A DNA stretch of 64,000 bases from Verrucomicrobiota bacterium (GCA_029572555.1 JAKPVM010000076.1:2467-66466); one strand, 5' to 3'. Shown: positions 26,267 to 36,547, counted from the stretch's first letter. Notes: generated from the sequence alone by a model not told the origin. Translations and numbers: made by a program.

Positions 26267-26820
26267 TGAAAATTGATGTTCTTAATATTAAATCTTTGAT
26301 AACAATTGCAATATTAAACGGGGTAATTATTATGAATGCAACAGCCGATAATTCGTTGAAACCGGGCGATTTAGCGCCAGATTTTGAGGCAAAAGACCAA
26401 AATGGAAAAGAGTGGAAATTGTCCGCGTTTAAAGGGAATAAAAATGTCCTTTTATATTTTTATCCAAAAGACAACACACCCGGTTGCACCAAAGAAGCCT
26501 GTTCTTTTAGAGATAATATGGGGATTTTCAAATCTGCGGATGTTGAGGTCGTTGGCGTTAGTATGGACACTATGGAAAGCCATAAACGATTCATCAGCCA
26601 ACACAAGCTAAACTTTACACTCCTTGCAGACCCGGAAGTGAAGATTGTTGACAAATATGGCGCAAGGATGCCGGGTAAAAAGATGGCGCGTAGGGTTAGT
26701 TTCTTAATTGATAAAGAACAGAAGATAGTCCATATAATTGATAATCCAGATTCACAGGTTCACATAGATGAGATGAAACGCGCTCTAAAAGAATTAAAAA
26801 GTAGTAAATCTTGTTATTGA
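26263..26820 (+). CDS. bcp: Peroxiredoxin, Bcp type, with an N-terminal hydrophobic leader
   Basis: GDLAPDFEAKDQNGKEWKLSAFKGNKNVLLYFYPKDNTPGCTKEACSFRD. The track ORF begins at 26149 inside the upstream gene. The in-frame ATG at 26263 forms an ATGA overlap with that gene's stop and is the plausible start. Confidence 0.85.
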   Translation: MMKIDVLNIKSLITIAILNGVIIMNATADNSLKPGDLAPDFEAKDQNGKEWKLSAFKGNKNVLLYFYPKDNTPGCTKEACSFRDNMGIFKSADVEVVGVSMDTMESHKRFISQHKLNFTLLADPEVKIVDKYGARMPGKKMARRVSFLIDKEQKIVHIIDNPDSQVHIDEMKRALKELKSSKSCY

Positions 26821-26895
26821 CTTTTGTTATAATTTTTTGTTAAATAAATATTGCGATTTTCATAACAGGCTGATATAAATTTTTGGTGTTGTATT

Positions 26896-27156
26896 ATGAG
26901 TGGAATTTTAAATAGGTTTAGTGTTGATGCAATTAAGATGAACACACAGGTTATTGCCTGTATGATTATTATCTGGTTTTTTGTAATTCTTTGCACACTT
27001 TCTAGCATCAATAAACAACCGTTTACTTCAAAACAAAGATTGTTCTGGATAATAGTGGTTACAGCATTTCCATTGGTGGGCGTTTTATTATATTTGCCAT
27101 TTTCTTTCAAAATTGAATCGTATCCATCGCTGGCATTGTTGAGAAAATCAAAATAA
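26896..27156 (+). CDS. Small two-TM membrane protein, PLDc_N (cardiolipin synthase N-terminal-like) family
   Basis: KQRLFWIIVVTAFPLVGVLLYLPF is the family signature. The true start is probably Met15. Confidence 0.55.
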   Translation: MSGILNRFSVDAIKMNTQVIACMIIIWFFVILCTLSSINKQPFTSKQRLFWIIVVTAFPLVGVLLYLPFSFKIESYPSLALLRKSK

Positions 27157-27360
27157 ATTTAATTTTTTTCTCGACATAGTTTAGTAAATTTGTTTCAGTA
27201 GTTTATAAACGGATTTATAATATGGCGATTAGGTATTCACATTTTTGTTGTTGGAGGCGGAATCTGTTTGTACGCCATAGTGGTAGTGCAAGTGACATAG
27301 ACGGTAAAATAATAAAGTTTTATTCTTTCAAATTAGACCTAGATGTATATATAATTATTT

Positions 27361-29034
27361 ATGCTAAATAGGGTAAAAACGTCGAACAACCGTTGGATTT
27401 ATCGTTATATAATAATGGCGGTGCTTTATTGTATCATTATCTTTAATTTCAATTCGTTTGCACAAACAATAAAAGATGGTTATTTACCCGAGCCAGTTGT
27501 TGATGAATCTGGAAGAGGAAAAATCCCGAAGGGGTGGGAACAAGAGGCAGGCGAGACCGGCTATACAGGAGGGACAGGGACAGTTGAACCGGGGGCAATT
27601 AAGGATTTTGAGGCTGGGTATAACCAAGTTTTTAGAACACTCCGATCCGGCATTAGAGACCCGATAACTGTTGGCACTGGCGAGGGTGAAGCCAGTCTTG
27701 GTTTAGGTGTGCGTCCGAGTTATACACTTCCGCTTGTTGAATGGAGGACAAGGCCAGAAGACGCAGATATTAAAGTCGGTAACTTCTACTTAGATTTTAA
27801 GTCATTGTATGGAACCGTTTTATGGAGCGATAACATTTGGCGGGACGATACAAGAAAAGAATCTGATGCAATTGGCATAATTGGGATTGGGGTTGTTGCA
27901 AAGTTACAGATTGAAGAAAACTTCCAACTTTCATTAGGAGGGCGTTTTGCGTATTTACCAGCCGAAGGGAAAATTGCTTATGGCGACCCATTAGAATTAT
28001 TATCTGGTACCGTAACTCCACTGGCAATGGCACAACTTGTTTATGATATACCAGTAGGGGGAACCGATATTCAATTCTTTAATAGGTTTATAATTCGTTC
28101 TGGTGGATACAGAAGAGGTGAAGCCTTTGACCTGTTTGATACAGATAGCTACGGAGTGGATAGAATGGGGCGTTATCAGTTAAGAACACCGGCCGACCCG
28201 GATACGGTAATGAGCCGATACGATCATTTTGATAGTATATGGTATCAAAATAGAGTTGGCGCCACAGTAAGTCGATTATTTCCAACCGAAACCCGACTTA
28301 CGGTTGGTGGATATCACCAAAATAACTGGTATGGTGGCAATATTAGTGATTTAAATGACTCCGACCAAGATGTGATTTTCGTTGCCTTAAAAAATGAACA
28401 CGAAAATATGCGTTTCAAACCATTTGCTGATTATAGAGTAATTTCCAATTCAGGGTGGGAAGATTGGGCTCAAGTGGCTTATATTGGAATTGAGGGACCT
28501 ATCACCAAGCAGATTGATTTTTTAGGAGAATTTGGTTACTACGATTCAGGTGCTTCACCACTTACTACCCAATTATGGACAGTTGGTCTTCGGCACAGAA
28601 TTGGGCCATTCACTTGGCATGAATTAGAATGGACAAGAAGACCGACCGATCCAGAACGATTTATAAGAACCGGATGGTTTTACAGGTTACATCAAATTTT
28701 AACCAAAGATATTGATGCGGAATTTGTTTTTGACTACTCGGATTACGATAAAGAGGACGAAGACATCAGGGATAGTAATCAAATCGAAACAGGCTTAATT
28801 TTTACATACAATATGTCTCCCAAATTGCTCACAAGAATTGGTGGTTATTACAGGCGATTTGAATGTGATAATCCAATTTATAAAGATATAGAAATTTATA
28901 CTGCCAGAGTTGAGTTAAAAATTAATCATACAAAAACCTTTTATACCAGATTACTTTATCAATTTGAGCGGAGAAATTCCAGTTTAAATTACGACGAAAA
29001 TATGATAATGATAACATTGACAAAAGATTTATAA
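27361..29034 (+). CDS. Putative outer-membrane beta-barrel protein at the head of the polysaccharide export locus
   Basis: Signal peptide ending AQT. The long C-terminal region has alternating hydrophobic/aromatic beta-strand-like periodicity (e.g. IEIYTARVELKINHTKTFYTRLLYQFERR). It lies directly upstream of the Wza-like gene. No named family recognised. Confidence 0.4.
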   Translation: MLNRVKTSNNRWIYRYIIMAVLYCIIIFNFNSFAQTIKDGYLPEPVVDESGRGKIPKGWEQEAGETGYTGGTGTVEPGAIKDFEAGYNQVFRTLRSGIRDPITVGTGEGEASLGLGVRPSYTLPLVEWRTRPEDADIKVGNFYLDFKSLYGTVLWSDNIWRDDTRKESDAIGIIGIGVVAKLQIEENFQLSLGGRFAYLPAEGKIAYGDPLELLSGTVTPLAMAQLVYDIPVGGTDIQFFNRFIIRSGGYRRGEAFDLFDTDSYGVDRMGRYQLRTPADPDTVMSRYDHFDSIWYQNRVGATVSRLFPTETRLTVGGYHQNNWYGGNISDLNDSDQDVIFVALKNEHENMRFKPFADYRVISNSGWEDWAQVAYIGIEGPITKQIDFLGEFGYYDSGASPLTTQLWTVGLRHRIGPFTWHELEWTRRPTDPERFIRTGWFYRLHQILTKDIDAEFVFDYSDYDKEDEDIRDSNQIETGLIFTYNMSPKLLTRIGGYYRRFECDNPIYKDIEIYTARVELKINHTKTFYTRLLYQFERRNSSLNYDENMIMITLTKDL

Positions 29035-29200
29035 AAATGACCAACGTATATAAAAAATGTCAAAAAAATATTTTAAAAATTTTTCTTTACAAATTAGGAT
29101 AAATTGTTTTAATTTTATAAAAAGAACAACGGTAGGCGATTTTTTTAAGATTAATTTTTGTATTTAATCAGAAGCCCAAAAATTAAAAACGCGCTAAAAA

Positions 29201-30427
29201 ATGAAAACAAAATCGTTAAGCAAAATCGGAGTTGCTGTTGCGACTGCTTTAGTAGTAATAACAGTGCAAGCACAACAATCAGATAAAAAAGCGAACGAGT
29301 TTATCTCCTCAATAAAGGAGTGGAACGCCGCTTCATCTGCAATTACGGAAACAAAATTTAAAGCCACTCAACTTCAGCAAGAAGTTGATAGGTTAAGCAA
29401 ACAAAAGATTGCCCTCCAACGTCAATTGGATTATGCGAATACATCTTTGGAAACTGCGTTGCGGAACTTAAAGGCTGCGCAGGCAATTACCCCTCCTGAT
29501 AAAGAAACCGTTGATAAGGCCCAAAAGAATGTAGATTATTACCAAACAAGAGCGAAAGAATCACAGGCAGAACTCGACAAATGTGAACAGGAGTTGCGTA
29601 AGACAATTGAAGCCTATCGTAAAGCCCTCCAGGAACCATTAGAATCTAAATTGATATTACCTGGCGAAGTGTTGCAATTGTTTGTTCTTGAAGATGAGGC
29701 ATTTAATGGACTTTATCAGGTCAGGAGTGGTGGTTATATCATACTACCTCGCGTTGGTCGTATCTCAGTTGTTGGCAAAGATTTAAATGAAGCCCAAAAT
29801 CTTATTCGACAGGCTCTTGAAGCTACTCAATTAAAACAAGCCACAGTATTAATTGAACGTTCTCCTGGTGTTTATGGCGAAAGCTGTTCTGATGTAATTT
29901 ATCTTGCTGGTGAATTTAAAACCACCGGTCCATTAAGGATTGCACCTGGTGTAAAACCGACACTGGTTACAACGGTTATCAGGTCTGGCGGATTGACTGA
30001 GAATGCGGATTTAACCCGTGTGAAACTTCTTAGGCTTGAATCCGGTAAAAGCCTTGTTGAAGAGGTAAATGTGCAAGCGATTATGGAGGGCGCTGGATTG
30101 CAATCTGACCTTGATTTAAATCCGGGTGACATTATTGTAGTGCCATCTTATGCGCCTTTAGTTTATGTGACCGGTAATGTTGTCAAACCGGGGGTAATTC
30201 AATTAAGTCCCGATGAGGAGCTGACAGCATATTCAGCGATCCTCCGTTGTGGTGGATTTGCGCGGTTCGCTAAAACTCGTGGAGTATATGTTTTGCGGGA
30301 CCGTGGTAATGGCGAAAAAACAAGAATCCCGGTTGACATAAAACAAGTTCAGTCGGGTAAAATGTCTGATGTTATTCTCCAAGGGAAGGACATTGTGGTT
30401 GTCCCTGAAAAATTCTTTAGCTTCTGA
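29201..30427 (+). CDS. Polysaccharide export protein (Wza/Poly_export plus SLBB domains) with an N-terminal ~120-aa coiled-coil extension
   Basis: Signal peptide. PGEVLQLFVLEDEAFNGLYQVRSGGYIILPRVGRISVVGKDLNEAQNLI (Poly_export). Two SLBB-like units: IYLAGEFKTTGPLRI... and VYVTGNVVKPGVIQL.... Confidence 0.8.
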   Translation: MKTKSLSKIGVAVATALVVITVQAQQSDKKANEFISSIKEWNAASSAITETKFKATQLQQEVDRLSKQKIALQRQLDYANTSLETALRNLKAAQAITPPDKETVDKAQKNVDYYQTRAKESQAELDKCEQELRKTIEAYRKALQEPLESKLILPGEVLQLFVLEDEAFNGLYQVRSGGYIILPRVGRISVVGKDLNEAQNLIRQALEATQLKQATVLIERSPGVYGESCSDVIYLAGEFKTTGPLRIAPGVKPTLVTTVIRSGGLTENADLTRVKLLRLESGKSLVEEVNVQAIMEGAGLQSDLDLNPGDIIVVPSYAPLVYVTGNVVKPGVIQLSPDEELTAYSAILRCGGFARFAKTRGVYVLRDRGNGEKTRIPVDIKQVQSGKMSDVILQGKDIVVVPEKFFSF

Positions 30428-30446
30428 TTAATAGCGTGTTTTTTTA

Positions 30447-30473
30447 AAAGCCAGGGGAAACCCTGGCTTTTTT
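30447..30473 (+). terminator. Strong rho-independent terminator between the wza-like and wzc-like genes
   Basis: AAAA-GCCAGGG-GAAA-CCCTGGC-TTTTTT: 7-bp GC-rich stem, GNRA loop, flanking A- and T-tracts. Confidence 0.8.
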
Positions 30474-30583
30474 ATAATATCTGACATTAATTGAATGATA
30501 GAAACCGATTAATCTTTAGAAATCTTTTCTTCTATTAATACTTGTTAATTTCATATAATCTGTTAATTTAAATCAAATAATTT

Positions 30584-32758
30584 ATGATACCGGGTTTAAA
30601 AAAACGTGGCATAACATTTGGTGATTTAATGCTTTATCTCGCAATTGCGATGAAGCATTTTCGTTTGATGGTATTGTTAATGTGTCTATCATTAACTGTC
30701 GGTCTTTTTTATTATGTATATGCCAGACCCGTTTATTATTCTAAATCACTAATCCGATATTCAACTGTTGAAAGGCCGGTTGACGCTGTTACAGTATTTA
30801 AAGAAGGAACAGAAAGAGATATACTTGCACAGTTTACCGCTCCTCATATTATTCAGCGCACCGCTAAACGTTTTGGTATAATTGCCCCTTATAAAGTCAT
30901 CTATGGAAAATATATAAAATCAGTACAGGTAAAGTTTAATTCAGAAAGGAATCTTGAAGTTGATGTTTACGCTTATGACAAAAACCTTGTACGAAACTGG
31001 GCTGAAGTGATGCTTAATGAATATCTCCAATACAGAGATGAAAAACGGTATCAATACCGCGAATCAATAATTAAATCTTACACAGAGGAAATGAAGGATG
31101 TGAACAGGAGAATGGAAGAAGCACTTAAAGCGAAGTATCAATTCCAGGATGAGAAAAAACGCACCGAGATATTATTAAAACTGGAACAATTAAAAGACCT
31201 GCCTCGTGAAATTACGGATACTTCTAAGCGACTTGCTGAATTAGATAGAATACGGGCAACTCTATCTGACAAAACCCTTGATGCTGTTGAAAAATTATCA
31301 TTACTTTCGACCCTTGAAAAAGAGAGCACAGTTAAAATAGGAGATGTTGTGTCGGGAGGGGATTTTGGTGAAAACAAATCGAAAACAATCATAGTTGTAC
31401 CGGATATGATATCGCATCCTATTAAGCAAGATTGGGAAGAATTGCAAAAGCAACGCGACAGACTTAAACTTGAAATAGCAGAGGCAGAAAAGAAATACCT
31501 GCCAGCGCATCCAAAAATGGCTGAACTACTGCGAAGGCTCGATGATATTAATAAAAATCTTGAAGCTGAATTAACCGTGGCTCAGAACCGATACAATCTT
31601 GAGTACACGAAACTACTTGAAAAACGCAAAGAATTAGTGGCGAAACTTCCTGAATATGAAAAGGCTGTACAGGATAATGAAAAATATTTGCAAGACCTCT
31701 CAGTGAACGAGGCTGGGAAACTTGGTTGGAATACTATTTACACCGAGATGGCAAAAAAAATCAGTATGATAGATTTTGGTGCGGATAAAGAACGAGTTCA
31801 ACTACAATTTCTGCAGCATCTTGAATTAAGAGACGATCTCCCCGTTTCACCTAATAGATTGAGGCTAATTATAACCTGTTCCATTCTTGGATTAATGCTG
31901 GCAATCGGCGTTCCGTTCTTGATTGAATTCTTAGACCATACAGTGAGCGATGTTGAGGAAGTTGAGCAAGTGTATAAAGTCCGTGGGTTAGGGATTGTCC
32001 CTAAAATTGATACCGTAGCTCTTGGGGGTTATCCTGTAATAAGTGTTGACGGAACTGGTGATAGGCATCTTGTTGAGAATTTCAGAGTTATAAGAACAAA
32101 TCTATTATCAGTTGGTTCAAAAACTAAAAATCCGCAAGTAATCTCTGTCGTAAGTGCAATGCCTGAAGAAGGTAAAACGATGGTATCAGTGAACCTTGCT
32201 CTATCCTTTGCACATATGGGCGAAAAAACACTGTTAATTGATTGTGACCTACGAAGGGGAAGAATCCATAGGATATTTGATTTTCGTTCTTCACCCGGAT
32301 TAAGCAATGTTTTAATTGACAAAATACCATGGCAGGAAGCCGTTAAAGAGACCGAGCATGATAACTTAACGATTCTTTCCTGTGGCAAACATATCGATGG
32401 TGCAAGAGAGATGGTTGGAACCCCTATTTTTAATAAATTAATTGAGGACCTACGTAAGAACTTTCAAAGAATTGTAATTGACACTCCACCGGTACTAGGA
32501 TTATCCGAAGTCGCTATGGTACAACACATAATAGATGGCACCGTGTTTGTAATCTGGAGCGGTAGAACACCTATGAGATGTTTAAAATCTGCTTTTGATA
32601 TACTCGCATCAAACAACGCAAATATTTACGGCTTTGTACTGAACAGGTTAGACCTATCAGGATTTTCTAATTATTATAATTACTATAATTATTACTATTA
32701 TTCGTACAATTACTATTATAGTTATAAAGATAAACAAAAAGAACTCAAAAATATATAG
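30584..32758 (+). CDS. Fused polysaccharide co-polymerase / BY-kinase (Wzc/GumC type) with a Tyr-cluster tail
   Basis: Two TM helices flank a long coiled-coil periplasmic domain. Kinase domain: Walker A SAMPEEGKT, Walker A' LLIDCDLRRG, Walker B RIVIDTPP. Tail: NYYNYYNYYYYSYNYYYSY. Confidence 0.85.
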   Translation: MIPGLKKRGITFGDLMLYLAIAMKHFRLMVLLMCLSLTVGLFYYVYARPVYYSKSLIRYSTVERPVDAVTVFKEGTERDILAQFTAPHIIQRTAKRFGIIAPYKVIYGKYIKSVQVKFNSERNLEVDVYAYDKNLVRNWAEVMLNEYLQYRDEKRYQYRESIIKSYTEEMKDVNRRMEEALKAKYQFQDEKKRTEILLKLEQLKDLPREITDTSKRLAELDRIRATLSDKTLDAVEKLSLLSTLEKESTVKIGDVVSGGDFGENKSKTIIVVPDMISHPIKQDWEELQKQRDRLKLEIAEAEKKYLPAHPKMAELLRRLDDINKNLEAELTVAQNRYNLEYTKLLEKRKELVAKLPEYEKAVQDNEKYLQDLSVNEAGKLGWNTIYTEMAKKISMIDFGADKERVQLQFLQHLELRDDLPVSPNRLRLIITCSILGLMLAIGVPFLIEFLDHTVSDVEEVEQVYKVRGLGIVPKIDTVALGGYPVISVDGTGDRHLVENFRVIRTNLLSVGSKTKNPQVISVVSAMPEEGKTMVSVNLALSFAHMGEKTLLIDCDLRRGRIHRIFDFRSSPGLSNVLIDKIPWQEAVKETEHDNLTILSCGKHIDGAREMVGTPIFNKLIEDLRKNFQRIVIDTPPVLGLSEVAMVQHIIDGTVFVIWSGRTPMRCLKSAFDILASNNANIYGFVLNRLDLSGFSNYYNYYNYYYYSYNYYYSYKDKQKELKNI

Positions 32759-32776
32759 TTTAACTTTGTAAAGATA

Positions 32777-33760
32777 ATGAGCCTTGAAAGGCAATCCAAT
32801 ACTGAAGATAAACAGGTATTTTCAAAAGAATTAAATAGCAGGTCGAAATCTTTATCGGGGGTTTCTGTCATCATCCCGGCATATAATTATTCGCAGTATC
32901 TCCCATTTGCAATAGAATCTGCCATCAATCAAACCTATTCTCCGATTGAAATTATAGTGGTTGATGATGGTTCTACTGATGATACAAAAAAAGTTGTTGC
33001 CCAATATGGGGAAAAGGTCAGATATATTTATCAAAAAAATTCCGGGCTCTCGGCAGCAAGAAACACAGGAATACAGGCTGCATCAATGCCGTTTGTTGCA
33101 TTTCTTGATGCTGATGATGTATGGGAACCAGAATTCTTAAAGTCGGGAATGAATAAGTTTTCTGTCCTTTCTGACGAATACGCAATAGTAGCGTGCTATC
33201 CAAAACGGATTGACCGGGATGGACGTCTTCTTCCATCAAATCCTTCTATAAAGAGTTGTCCCGGCGATATTCGGGCGGAAGACATCCTTTTGATGACGCG
33301 ATTTCCGCCGTCGTCTGTGATAGCAAAAAAATTCGTTTTTGACCATTGTGGTTTCTTTGACACGACATTGAGGAGTTCTGAAGATCGTGATATGTGGTTG
33401 CGAATTGCGACCAAATTCAAGATATATTTGAACCCGGAAACATTGGTAATGATTCGCAAACACTCATCGAATATGAGTAGCAACCCAAAAAGGATGAAGG
33501 TTAATATGGCAAAAGTGATTAAAAAATCATGGGAAAATCATGTTATTCCTCATTGCCGTTTCTGGTTCTGGCTAAAAGCCCTTTCAATTCACAGGTATCA
33601 AGTTGCCATTATCTATATCGGAATAAATAAAAGGTTAAATGCAATCATTGAATTGATTATTTCGTTATTGTTATATCCATTCCCGTTTAAATCGAAAAAC
33701 ATAAATAGTTCAGTTTCATTAATTCGGTTAAGGGCGCTAGCCCGTGCAATTCTTAAGTAA
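32777..33760 (+). CDS. Family 2 glycosyltransferase
   Basis: VSVIIPAYNYSQYL...IIVVDDGSTDDT...FLDADD. Confidence 0.85.
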   Translation: MSLERQSNTEDKQVFSKELNSRSKSLSGVSVIIPAYNYSQYLPFAIESAINQTYSPIEIIVVDDGSTDDTKKVVAQYGEKVRYIYQKNSGLSAARNTGIQAASMPFVAFLDADDVWEPEFLKSGMNKFSVLSDEYAIVACYPKRIDRDGRLLPSNPSIKSCPGDIRAEDILLMTRFPPSSVIAKKFVFDHCGFFDTTLRSSEDRDMWLRIATKFKIYLNPETLVMIRKHSSNMSSNPKRMKVNMAKVIKKSWENHVIPHCRFWFWLKALSIHRYQVAIIYIGINKRLNAIIELIISLLLYPFPFKSKNINSSVSLIRLRALARAILK

Positions 33761-33762
33761 AA

Positions 33763-34911
33763 GTGAATAATGTCGATAAATATAATTTTAAGTCAGAAAA
33801 AGGCTCAATCAAAGTTTTGCATATAGTCTTGTCTCTTGAACCGGGTGGAATGGAAAATGGATTAGTAAATGTAGCAAAGCTCTTGCATAATAACGGGTTT
33901 GATTTATATATTTGTTGTCTTGAAAGAATTGGAGATTTCGCAGAGAGGTTTCCGGATAAATCAAAAATCATTTTATTAAACAAGCCTCCGGGAATTTCAT
34001 TCAAAACAGTGTATAATTTATCACGGTTGATTAAAAATATTAAACCCGACATTGTTCATACACATAATTTTGGACCGCTGATTTACACCTCAATGGCAAA
34101 ATTAATTCAATCGGGTTTTAAGCTTCTTCATGGAGAACACGGGATGATTAAGAACGAGGATTCAGGAAAGTTAAAACTATTACTTAGAAAGTTTTGCTAT
34201 GCAAAATGTGATTTAATTCACACTGTTTCAGAAGGTTTAAAAAATCATTTTATTCAGTCCGGATTTCCAGAACAAAAAATAATTGCGATAAAAAATGGCG
34301 TCGATACGCAAAAATTTACTCCCGGGGACAAGTTTGATGTGCGGAAAAAATTATCAATACCTGACAATGCAATCGTACTCGGGATAGTTGGTAGGTTTGA
34401 TTCAGGCAAACGGCATTCTATTTTAATTGAGGTGTTCAATCAGATTGCGTCAAAATCTACGGAATTATACTTATTAATGGTTGGTGAGGGAGGAGACAAC
34501 TGTCAGAAGGTCAAGGAACTGGTTTACGCAAGTCCGTATAAAGACCGTATTCTAACGCCCGGTTTTCAAAAAGATATGCTTCACTATTATCGGGCAATGG
34601 ATTTGCTTGTTATTCCTTCGTTAAAAGAAGGATTTCCCAATGTTCTTTTAGAAAGCATGGCTTGTGGTATTCCTGCGATTGCACATCCCACACCGGGCAC
34701 AATTGAAACAATTAAAAATGGTTACGACGGGGTGATAACTAACCTTGAAAACAAAGAAAATATTAAAATTACAATTGAAAATGCCATAACGAATTTGGCA
34801 AAACTTAAAAGTATGGGGATTAATGCGCGATTAAAAATAGAAAGTATGTTTTCTTTGGAAATAATGGCAGAGAATTATGCAAAAGTCTATAAAATATTAG
34901 TTAATAAGTGA
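33763..34911 (+). CDS. Family 4 (GT-B, GT1-type) glycosyltransferase
   Basis: N-terminal Glyco_trans_4-like region. C-terminal PSLKEGFPNVLLESMACGIPAIA (EX7E motif). Confidence 0.85.
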   Translation: MNNVDKYNFKSEKGSIKVLHIVLSLEPGGMENGLVNVAKLLHNNGFDLYICCLERIGDFAERFPDKSKIILLNKPPGISFKTVYNLSRLIKNIKPDIVHTHNFGPLIYTSMAKLIQSGFKLLHGEHGMIKNEDSGKLKLLLRKFCYAKCDLIHTVSEGLKNHFIQSGFPEQKIIAIKNGVDTQKFTPGDKFDVRKKLSIPDNAIVLGIVGRFDSGKRHSILIEVFNQIASKSTELYLLMVGEGGDNCQKVKELVYASPYKDRILTPGFQKDMLHYYRAMDLLVIPSLKEGFPNVLLESMACGIPAIAHPTPGTIETIKNGYDGVITNLENKENIKITIENAITNLAKLKSMGINARLKIESMFSLEIMAENYAKVYKILVNK

Positions 34912-35010
34912 ACTTTTTATGAAGGTTGTTTACGAGATAAAAACAAATTATAAAATATGGATTATTAATATGGATTGAAATTTTAAGTACAAAATGTAGA
35001 TTTTCTCAAG

Positions 35011-36534
35011 ATGGATTTTATTGCGGTCATATTATTGTTAGCAGTGTTTTATTTAAGGCCTCAAGAGTGGGTTGGTGCACTTTCTACTCTTCGGCCTGCA
35101 ATGTTTGTGCTCGGATTTGCAATCATTACAATGTTTATTAGAGAACGCGGTTTTTCATTTAAGTCTTTATTCAAAACTGCTCATGACTGGCTCATATTCG
35201 CATTTTTTATATGGATAATGTTTACTGCTGATTCGGCAATGGATGCATGGAGCAGAGTTAAAGTTTTTTTTATTAGCTATATTGTGATTGTACAAGCAGT
35301 AAATAATCTTCACAGACTAAATCTTCTTTTGGTTTGGTGGATGTGCTTTCTTACATTCATTGCACTGATATCTATATTAAGTCTATATGGAATAGACCCT
35401 CTCGGTTCAAGTTATGTAACCAACGAAGTAAATAAAGGACGTCTTTCTCTTAATCTTAGTCTATTTGATAATCCAAATGCCCTCGGGCATAACATAGTTC
35501 CACTGCTTTTAATGTGTTATTTCTATTTTATATGGAAACGCCCTTTCTTCATTAAAGAAATCGGCATATTTATAATGTTGATACCTTCTTATTGTTTATA
35601 TTTAACACAATCAAAAGGGGCATTTTTGTCGGGATTCATATCCACAATTATAGGTTTTACATTTGGAAGACCTAAATTTGTTCAGATATTAATTCTTGCC
35701 GGTGCTATGACTTTTGGATGGGCTGGACTACAAATGTTGCCTCGGATGGAACAAATGTCAAGAATGCGGTCAGATCAAGGAGTTATCGTACGGATTCAGG
35801 CATGGGAGACGGGTATTAATATGATGAAGTGGTTGTACCCAAAAGGCACTGGAATTGATACTTTTCCTGCTGTTTTTCAACAATTTCACGGTTATCCAAA
35901 GGCATCGCATAGTAGTTATGTTCAGATTGGAACTGAGCTCGGTTATGGTGGTTTGTTTTTATTTATCGGTATCCTCTATTGTTGTTTTAGGACATTGATA
36001 CGTGTTCGCACTGAATCAGAAACAGAAGAACGTGTCAGACGCGTATTGCTCATAATGCTGGTTTCATACTCAGTTTCTTCATGGCTGATTGGCTGGGGGA
36101 TGAACCTCGTGTTTTATGTAACTGCTGGCTCAATAGCCGCATTTCAAAGGTTAATGGACGAAAAGATTGAAAAGCAAATTGAAGAATTCAATGAAACGGT
36201 TCAATTAGGTATATTAGACCGGTCAGAAACTACATTAATATCCACCCCAATCGGACGAGATTTTGAACCAGATTCAAAACCAGTTGTTCAAACACAGTTG
36301 CAACAGCTTGTTCCTGCGGTTTCAGCTGTCTCATCAACTGCTGATGGCATAGTACCAGTTTCAACAACACCAGTATTTACACTCCAGGGTCCTAAAACAG
36401 AGAGTAGAATAGAAACGGAAAATCAGATTAAAAAGAAAATTTGGCGTCGCCCCAGAATTTTAGACATTATCTTAATCTGGGGTCTGACTTACTTAGTAAT
36501 CTGGTTCTGGCAATATGTAATAAAGAAATTCTGA
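35011..36534 (+). CDS. O-antigen ligase / Wzy_C-family polytopic membrane protein with a ~130-aa soluble C-terminal extension
   Basis: About 10 TM segments. Loop motif KASHSSYVQIGTELGYGGLFLF is typical of the O-antigen ligase/polymerase family. Confidence 0.75.
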   Translation: MDFIAVILLLAVFYLRPQEWVGALSTLRPAMFVLGFAIITMFIRERGFSFKSLFKTAHDWLIFAFFIWIMFTADSAMDAWSRVKVFFISYIVIVQAVNNLHRLNLLLVWWMCFLTFIALISILSLYGIDPLGSSYVTNEVNKGRLSLNLSLFDNPNALGHNIVPLLLMCYFYFIWKRPFFIKEIGIFIMLIPSYCLYLTQSKGAFLSGFISTIIGFTFGRPKFVQILILAGAMTFGWAGLQMLPRMEQMSRMRSDQGVIVRIQAWETGINMMKWLYPKGTGIDTFPAVFQQFHGYPKASHSSYVQIGTELGYGGLFLFIGILYCCFRTLIRVRTESETEERVRRVLLIMLVSYSVSSWLIGWGMNLVFYVTAGSIAAFQRLMDEKIEKQIEEFNETVQLGILDRSETTLISTPIGRDFEPDSKPVVQTQLQQLVPAVSAVSSTADGIVPVSTTPVFTLQGPKTESRIETENQIKKKIWRRPRILDIILIWGLTYLVIWFWQYVIKKF

Positions 36535-36547
36535 TGGTCTAACACCT

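Noticed and set aside
27255-27300. ops/JUMPstart-like antitermination element upstream of the EPS locus (CATAGTGGTAGTGCAAGTG)
   Set aside because: Only 6 of 8 positions match the GGCGGTAG ops core, and that consensus is defined for enterobacterial RfaH. The evidence is insufficient.
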